DNA of 64,000 nucleotides from Elusimicrobiota bacterium (GTDB lineage: Bacteria > Elusimicrobiota > Elusimicrobia > FEN-1173). The translations under genes were made by a program, and so were the position numbers. The notes below the pieces were generated by a model. It was not told where the DNA came from, ran no database searches, and saw only the letters and a program-made list of their open reading frames with translations. Positions 28,806-37,800 of the stretch are shown piece after piece (position 1 is the first letter of the stretch; every line of letters starts with the position of its first letter). The stretch spans positions 768,887 through 832,886 of the forward strand of contig JADKIY010000001.1 in the NCBI GenBank assembly GCA_016722575.1. Direction: 5' to 3'.

Positions 28806-31800
28806 GTTGCGAGGGGCGTTCTTTCAGGCCGGGGCCCTCCCAGTGGCGCGCAATATCAAACAAGGTTTTAACGGTTTGCCGGGCCAGGCCGGGATCCATC
28901 CGGCCATGGGCTTTGATCTCGTGGAGCGTTTGCCCCTCGACAAATTCTTCGACGTACCATTGGATCTGCTCTTTGCCGTCGGGCGTTTCAATGAAATCGG
29001 CAAGGCCGAAGCGGGGCGTTCCGTGGCCTCCGATGGATTTCAGGGCATCAAGCTCTCCACGTGCGGGTCTTGAAGGCACAGGTTTTCTTTGGGAATTACG
29101 GACATCTTTTCCTTCCGCGACATAGGCGATGTCGAATTGGTCGGTCAAGTCGGTGGACGAAAGGGGAACCTCCAGGATCCGGCGAATCAGCATGGCGGCC
29201 GTCCCCTTGTCGACTTTCGTCAGAATTTCGCCGGCGGTGGTGGATAGGTCCGCCAGGCGCCGAGCCGTATCGGCCGGTTTTTCTCCGGGTTGCGTGGCGT
29301 AACGTCCGGCGATGGCGAACCGTCTAAAAGCACCGGCGGAGGACGAGGCCGGCCCTCCCGCCGTCATCGCCCGCCAGCCGAAATGGGAGGCCAGTTCGTT
29401 GTGGACGATGTGCAGGACGACGGAGGTGGCGGCGCCCAGGATCGTCACGAGGGGGCCTAGAAGGGGGAAGAGGTTTGTCCAGAGCAGCGGGGAGTGAATG
29501 GCCATTCCGCGCACGGCCAAGCTGAGGCGGGTGCCCCAGGAGGCAAATTTCGGTGTGCCGTCGGGGTTCGACTCGACTTCCCATTGGCCGTCCCGGTAGG
29601 TGTACACCCGGGCGTGAAGGGCGCCGAAGGCGAGGTTCGCCAGGGCGAAGAGCGAGTATTGGTTGAAAATCGTCGGATTCAGGGAAACCGGGACTCCGAG
29701 GAAACCGGAGACGATGACGTCCAGGTTGGACATCAGCACCATGGCCCCGAAATAGAAAAGACCGAAAAGGGCGGATTCGACGAAGGGGGCTTTTTCCGTC
29801 ACGATCTTGTTCAGGTCTTCCGGGCTGTTGGGGTTCAGCCGGTAGAGGCGGGCGATCAGCGGGACGAGGCCGGGGATGGTCGCGGGCGGGCCGCGATCCC
29901 GGTGGACGTTGGGGGCCGCGCCGGTTTTTAGAATGGGGATTTCGCCCCGGCCGAACCGGACGGCTTGATTGTAGAGGGTCAAGGATTGGTAGGCCAACGA
30001 AAGCAGTTTGGTCGGATTGGTTTTGACCCCGAACATGGGGAAATGCGAATTCGCGTTGTGAACGGCGGCGTATTGGAACGGCCAATAAAGGTCCAAGAAG
30101 GCCTTTTCCCGGGTGTCAACGGCGTAAATATCCGAAAGTTCGGGTTGGGACAAGGACACGTGGTTCGACCGTCCCAGGAGAACGTCGACCTTGAACGGGG
30201 TCGATTCACGCCCCCGTTCCCTGGTGGCGAAATATTCAATGACGGATTTGACGAACAGCGCGGATTTCCCGGACCCGTAAGTGTCCACCACGACAAAGGA
30301 CCGAGTCATCGGCAAGCCGCTGGAGCGGAATTGGCGATAAATTTGATTCGCGTAGTCGGCGAAAAGCGCGTCGCCTTCGATGAGAGCCGCTGTTTTTTGC
30401 TTGAATTTTTCCTCGATCCCCTCCCGAACGGCCGCCGATTTAATGCCCAATTGATCGAAGGGGAATAGACCTTCGGCGACGATTTCCCTAAAACTCTCGT
30501 CCATGATGTTCTTGATGGATTTGATGATTTGCGACAATTCTTTGTCGTCGTTGCGGCGATTGGGGCCCACCGGCGTGAATATGCCCGGATGGTAAACCAC
30601 GGCGGCGGCCGACGTTTGGTCGTTCAGTTGGTCCGTGTAGCGACGGAATTCGTTAATGGACAAGGCGTCGCGGGCCAGGAAGATCGGCACCTGCCCCGTT
30701 TCCTGAAGGCGCGCCACGACGTACGGCGCGAAGGCGACATGACTGTCGACGGCTTCCTGGTCCCGGGTGACGACGTCCGGGGCCAGCAATTGCCGCAATT
30801 CTTCCCGGGCGTGCAGGAAGGAGTCCCGGTTGACCTGGTTCGACCCGCCCATGAGCATCAGCCAGCCGGAGAGAATTTGATTGATTTCGTTGTCGGTGAA
30901 GACCCGGGGGCGTCCTTCGGCGTCCTTGGGAAACTGGTCCGCGTCCAAGGCCCAAGGCAAAGCCGCCAAGTCTTTCAACTGGAAAAGGCGCTCCTTTCCA
31001 AAAAACCGCTGGTGGTTGGCGAACAAACTCTGGGCCACGGGATGGGGGGTGAGCACAATGATCTTGGTGGATTGGAAAAAGCTTTCAATGCTCCCGGCCT
31101 TCCACCAATTCCGCATTTCGGGTTGGCGAATCAAGGACGCGTCGTGGATGGGGATGTTCCCGGGGGCCCATTGTTCGCCCGGCGTTCCCCGGCCCCGCAC
31201 TTGAATGAGTTCCGTGCCCTCAAAGGCGCGGCCCAGACGTTTGACGACGTTGCGGATGGCGATGTCTTGTAGGTGGCGGGCCGGCGTGTCGCCCTGCTTG
31301 GTGTAGTCCCCGCCGCTGGCCACGTTGGACGGAGCGGTGTCGTAGACGTCGCGCGCCATTTTAACCAGGCGGTCCAGTTCGTCGGGATGGGACTTGAAAT
31401 ATTGATAGTAGCCTTCTTCGTAAAATTCGTAGGCCCTTGATTCGTCCACGATTTGGTCGTTAATGACGTGCTTGATGGACCAGCCGCTGGGGCCGAACCA
31501 TTCGTCCAGCCGCGCCCGAATCGCCGGGGCGTTGTAGCCGAAATATCCGGGGCGAAAGAAGTCCTCCTTGGCGTATTCTTGTAAGAAATCCGCCAAGGAC
31601 ATTTTGACCAGGCGCTTGGCGTTGCTGGGGGGGCCTTGGTCCCCGTTGGCCGCGGTGGCGGCCGTCCAGCCGAACCGGGCGGCCAATTGGTTGTGGACGA
31701 CATGGAAAGCGACGCTGGTCAGAGCCCCCAGGGGGGCCAGGAAGAGGCCGCCGAGGGGGTCCATGAAGGCCAACAAGAGGGGGGTGTGAATGGCCGCGCC

Positions 31801-34800
31801 CCGGAGAGCCAACGCCCAACGATCGCGGAGGGACGCGGGGGCCGGTTCGGCCTCCCAGCGGCCCGTTCGGGTGACGCCCGGGAGGGGCGGCTTAAAGCGA
31901 TAAACCGACCGGTGGGAAAAGCCGAAGGCCAGGTTGACCAGGGCGAAGAGGCCCGTGGCGGCAAAGAAGGCGTGGTCGATGTGAAAGCCCACCGCGGAAC
32001 CCAGGGCGCTCAGGAGTCCCACGGCGGCGTAGAAGAAGACCCCCGTAACGACGGTTTCGACGAGGGGGGCTTTTTCGTTGATAATGCGGTTCAAATCCGC
32101 CGGGTTGGCGGGATTGAGTCCGTAAAGCCGGCCAATCAGGGGAACCAACCCCGAAATCGTCGCCGCCGGAGGCCCCCGGGGCGCCCCGGTGGACGTGGGG
32201 GCCAAGGTCCCGTTGGCGGACTGTTCGTCCAAGAGGACGACGTCGTTGCCAACGATGGATAGAGAGAATTGGTTGCGGGAAATGCCGCTGGTCGGGCCGA
32301 CGCCCAGGTCCTCCCGGCCGAATTGAAGGGTTGCGCCGGTCCGTCGATGGCCGTTCGGGAGAAGCAGAGACAATCCCCCTTCGGGGGTCGACTCCAGCAC
32401 TAGGTGGACGCCATTGACGACGAGGGGCACGGGCAGATGTTTTCGGGGGATGTTGACGGCCCCCGCGTTTTGGGACGGGCCGCCCAGGAGTGCCGTTGCC
32501 CGGACGTTCCTCCAGGCGTCAACGAGGGCGGTCAGATACTCGGCGGAGAAGGCTTCGATTCGCCCCGGGGTTTGATTGCGTTGGAGGGAAGAGACGGTCT
32601 GCTCGAGGGCATACACCTCATCGGACAACGGTTCGTTGGCCAATGGCCGGCCGAGCGCCGCCAAGTGGTCGTTCAAACGAGTGTCCAAGTGAAGCCGGAC
32701 GGTCCGCATTTGGGCCAGGTCGTCTCCCAGCTCCAAGTTCCCGGAATCTCCCCGGCGCAGGGTCCCGGCGGCCGACACACGCTGCCCCGCTTCGTCCCGA
32801 ATATCCGAAAGGGTGTAGCGGGCCGATCTCCCGCCCTCCGAGGCTTCGATGTCCACGGCCACGGCAAAGGCGGCGGCGTTTTGGATGTCGCTTAGGACGA
32901 CCGCCCCGTCTTGGGGGACGACGCGAATTTTGTCGCCTTTAATGTAAACGTCCAGGGGGATCCGAAGGGCGCGGCCCTGGGCCAAGATTCCCAAATCCCC
33001 CCGGACCGAGGCCAGAAGGGTCGATTCCAATCGTTCCCGGCCGGAATTTCCCTCTTCAGCGGGGCTCACGTCCACCGTGGTGTTGTTGGGTGAAAAGTTT
33101 TCCACCGTGGCTTCGCTGCCCGACCAGGCCAGGGCGGCGTGTTTGCGGGAAACTTCCACGCCGCTCAACCGGAGCGTGCGTCCCTCGGCGGCGGTTTGGC
33201 GGCCCAGAGTCAAGGATTCCCCGGGTTGAAGGACTTCCCGGCCTTCGGGGCCGGTGGCGATCAATCGGTTTCCCTCGAGCGAGAGGGAAACGCGGTTTCC
33301 GCTCAACACCAGGACCGAGGGGAAAGTGCCCAGCCGGCGGGGCCCCGACGTTGGCGTGAGAATCGTGTTCCCCGTGATGGCGGGGACGACCGGCGCGACC
33401 GGGGTCTCGACGACGGGTTCCGCCGGCCGGGTGATCCGCAGGGCGTTGTTCAGGAAGAAGTCGGCCGTTCCCTGCCGTTCGTTGGTGACGCCGAAATCGA
33501 AGTAGGCTTCCGGGATGACGTTCCAGGTTTTTTTAACGGTCTCATTGTTGAATTCCGCCGCGCCGTCCCCCGGCTGAAAACGGGCGCGTCCCGCGGAGGC
33601 GGGGGCCAAAATCACGCCGGGGGTGAGGCGGGCGAGCTGTTCCCAGGCGGCCTTCCAAACGGGACTCAAATCGTAGCCCGAGGCGTTGTAGTCGCCGAAA
33701 ACGAGAACGCCCTGATCGGTCATCACCAGCACCACGTTGGCGATCATGGCCCCGGTGGCTTCGTCGTAGGCCATGGCGAAGGCGGAGTTGGATTCCAGGG
33801 CGTGGGCCACGGGCATTTCCTGGTGGCCGCCCCCGAAGGGATTGAAGCACCCCGGAACCCGGTGCCCGGCGGCCACTTCGTCCAGGAGGCTTTTCTGGAT
33901 TTTCACCGAGACCCGGGCCCGGGCGTCGTCTTTTAGTTTCTGCGTGGCCAAGAGGGACCGGAGGGCGATGAGGATTTCGTTGAAGTGGAGTTGAATTTGG
34001 AGGAACCGTTCCTCGGGGTTTTCCACGCCGTCCCGGGAGAGGCGGTCGATGGCCTCGTCCCGTTGGCCGAGGATCCGCTCGTTCACGAATTGTTCGGCGG
34101 CGGCGTAGGTGTCCAGGGCGTCGGCCGTTTGCGCGGCTTCGGCCGCCTTGACCAGTCCCAGGGATCGGGCGATCTGGACCAACTGTTCGGTTTGCCTCTG
34201 AACCTGGACAATCCGTTCCTGGGCCGACAGCGGGGCCACGTCCTGGGCCGGGACGACGATTCCCCGGTCCCACAACGCGGGGGAATAGCCCGCCGCCAGA
34301 AGCGCGGCCTTGGCCTCGCCGTTGCCGGGGATTTGGGCGAGGTTGTGCGCCGCGGCGGCGGCGTTCGCCGCCTCGGCCGTCCCACCGTTGCGGAGCGTCT
34401 CCAGCCAGGTCGTGACGGCCGACTTCAGCCGGTCCGCCAACCCCGCCGTTTCCCCGGTCGGGGCGCGCTCCGGCCGCAACGACGTGGTCAAGGACGTGGC
34501 CACGATCAGTTGCGTCAATTGCCGCTGGTCCAGCTTCTCCAAAATGGGAGCGTTTTCCTCGCCGAAAACCTCCAGAACCGCCTGCCGCTCGGCGGCGGCG
34601 ACGACCGCCTCGACCGTCCTAGCCAGATTTTTCGGTCGGAGCGACCCGCCGGCGAAAGCGGCCGCCAAGGCGCGCATGGCTTCCAGGGAAGGTTCGAGTT
34701 TTTCCCGGGAATTGGCTTCCGCGTGAAGTTTAAGAAGCAGACTCCAACGGTAAAAGGTTTCGATCAAACGGTAATAGTCGATGGCCGGGTCGGTGCGTCG

Positions 34801-37800
34801 AAGGAATTCGAAAAACGGATCCCTTTCGCTCCAATAGGGAAGGCCCGCCAGGGCCTCGTCCAACAGTCCCACGCTGGGAACGCGGTTTTTCTCCGCCAGG
34901 AACATCAATAAATCCAGGGAAGCCGCGGGGCCGATGTGGCGGGAAAGGGCCCCGTCCACGTGATTGATGAGATGACCCTCTTCCGGCACGCTCCATCGCT
35001 CGGCGATTCCCCGAAGCCGCTCGGCCAGGGCCGCCATGCGCTCGGGGCGGGCCGTTGAGCTTCCGGTGTTCCGTGCCGTCGTGGCCAGGGCCCGGGCGGC
35101 AAAACCCATGAAGGATCCCTCGCTGGAGCGGATTTTTCTCGGATCGACTCGGACGCCGAGGGTTCCCAGCAAAGCGATTTCCTCCGGGGACAGGGCGCCA
35201 AGGTGTTTCAGGTCGTCGCTGGGAATGTTCAGGGCCCGCAAGGTTTTGGTCCGCTCGAAGGCCTGGACGAAGGCCGGGGCCTGGGCCAGGGGGCCTTTGA
35301 GCGGGCGATCCCGGGTGTCCTCCCAGGGGCTGAACGCCGATTCCAGGGCTCTTTCCACTTCGCTCGACAAATTGAAGCGCGCGCTCTGACCGGCCACGGC
35401 CAAATCCGCCAACAAGGGTTTTTGAAGATCCGGGTAGACCAACCCGAGCAGCAACAGGCCCACCGCGGCCTTTTCCTCCGTTTGGTATCGGGAGGGTTTA
35501 TCCCCTTCAAAGAGCAGTTCGGAAAGACCGGTAAAAAATTCCAGAGGCGCCGTTTCACTTTCGCGGCCCACGGGGGATCGGGCCAGCAATTCCAGGAAGT
35601 GGACCTTGGTGAGGCCGAAAATCATGCCCTCGTTTTCCCGTACAAATTGCGATTTGAGAACCCGCTCGATGGCCGCCGCGCTTTCCCCGGGGTCGGGGGA
35701 GGACAGCAGTCGGTTGCCGAGGGTGTTTTGAATCGTTTGTGATTTTGTCTGATCGAAAACCTCCCCCAGGAGGAAGGAGATTTTCCAGAGAGTCTGGGCG
35801 TCCGGTCCCTCGGTCAACAATTTGGGGGAGTCCGCCACGCGCTGGAAATAGAGTTGACGGAATTCCCGGTGGAGGCGTTGTAGGTCGGCGGGGGCGGACA
35901 GAAGAGCCTGGGTGGCGGCGCCGAAATCGGCCCCCTCTTTAACCAGAACGTGTCCCGCGAGGGCGATCATGGCCCGCTCGGACCGGTCGTAGGCGTCCAT
36001 GCGGTCGAAAAATTCACCGAGTCGAACCAGCGCCTCCGGATTGGATATCGCGTGGTGGACGATCCTCTCGGCCATGACCTCCCCGGGGACGGGCACGTCT
36101 TGGGTGGAAGTTCCCGCGCCTTGGCGGGCCATGTTCAGAAGCCGGTTCAAGGCCAGGGCCAGTTCGGGCTTTTCGTTCAGCCGTTGGTCGGGGGCCAGAA
36201 GGCGATCGAGTCCGGCGAGGGCCGTGGGCGAGGTGAATTTTCCGTACCTTCGGAGATTGGACAGGCCGGCCAGGTGGTCTTCCGTTGATCCCGTCAAAAA
36301 GGCGCCACCGCCGCGGCGTTGGGCCCAGTTGACCCCCGCGTGGCCCAAAACGCCTACCGCAAAGCCCCCGACGACGGGACCGAGAACGGAAGACGAGACC
36401 CCCGCCAGTTCTTGCAAACCTTGAAGGGGCGCGGCCCAGAAATGGGATGTTCCGAGGGAAAGAAGCGTGTTTCCCAATTCCCGAACGAGGAGGGGAAGGT
36501 TTTGAATGATTTCGGTTGGGCCGAAGGCGGCAAAGGAGGGGACAAAGGCGCCTGTCAAAAAGACCGTGACGGCCAAGGACGCGACTCCGAAAGCCGTGAA
36601 CAGGGAAAAGATGCCAAGTCGATCGAGGGGGGTGGCTTCGCGTTGTTGAAGAGCTCCGTCTTTCCCGTAGTAGTAGACCTGTTTGTGCGTTGCCAACGTG
36701 ATTTTGGCCGCGACGACCAAGGCGGCGGTCAGGGACCAAGCGGGAGAACCCGCCAGGAGAAGAATGGGGTAAACGTACAGGAGAAACCGGGCGTTCTCGC
36801 CGAAGGGGGCGGACCATAAAACCGTGCGGGCGGGATCGGTGCGCATCGATCCGGCGTAGTTCCCGGAGAAAAGCGGCCGACGCGCCAAGTCGCTCAAAGC
36901 GGAGCGGGCGCGGACCACGACCGATTCGGTCAGAGCGCCGGGGAGGGCCGCCGCACGGGCGAATAAGCCCGACATTCGGGAGGCCAAACCGCCGACCAAA
37001 GCGCCGAAGGCGGCCACGACCGATCCCGTTCTCCGAACCATGTCCACGGCGTGGCCGTTGCCCAGATCGACGTGGCGGTCGGCGGCCCCGTGGACGTTGT
37101 CGCAGGGCTCCAGGGCCTCGGCGGCCGATACGGATACCGCGCGGACGCCGTTTTGCAGGACTTCCTGGGCGCCGTGAATAAACCGGGGGGTTTCGCCCGT
37201 CGCGTCGGCCAGGGCGATGGGGTGGGAAAGATAAATGCGGTCGCCGGCGACCAATTTTTCCAGGGGAACGGGGTCGTGGGCCAGGATGTCCAGGTAATCG
37301 CTCTCGCCGGGGACGTCCGTGATTTTAGGCGTGACCACGACGTAGGAAATTTGTTTTTGCCGGAGAAGGCCGGTCAATCCCTCGGTGTGGAAGCCGCCGG
37401 CCACGAGCACGCCGGTGGTGGTGCCTTTTTCGGCCATTTTAGCCAGGAGGTTGGCCACCAGGGCGTCGTTTCGACGGACGGCGTAGGAGCAGAAATCCTC
37501 AAAGGGCTTGAGCGTTTCAACCGTCAGGGACGGGAGCCGGGCCACCGTCGGATCCAGGGCCGCCAGGCGGTCCCGAAGGGCCAGAATCTCGGGCCGGCGC
37601 TTTTCGTAGGCCACCCAGTCGGGCATGGCCATTTCGTGCCGGAGCATTTTTTCCAACAGGGCCAGGTCCCGGGCGATGTTCATTAAGGCGGTTTCGGCGG
37701 GGGTTTTGGCCAGGGAATTTTGGGCGGCGATTTCCAACTGGTCCAGTTCGGCCACGAGCTCGTTGCGGCTGATCTTCTCCGCCAGCAGGACGTAGGTGAT

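Noticed and set aside
28777-29100. Calling the ORF1 C-terminus a Ser/Thr protein kinase domain
   Set aside because: Only a hinge-like stretch (YVEEFVEGQTL...) is similar. No glycine loop, VAIK Lys, HRD or DFG motifs were found in any frame, so it is reported only as a tentative observation.
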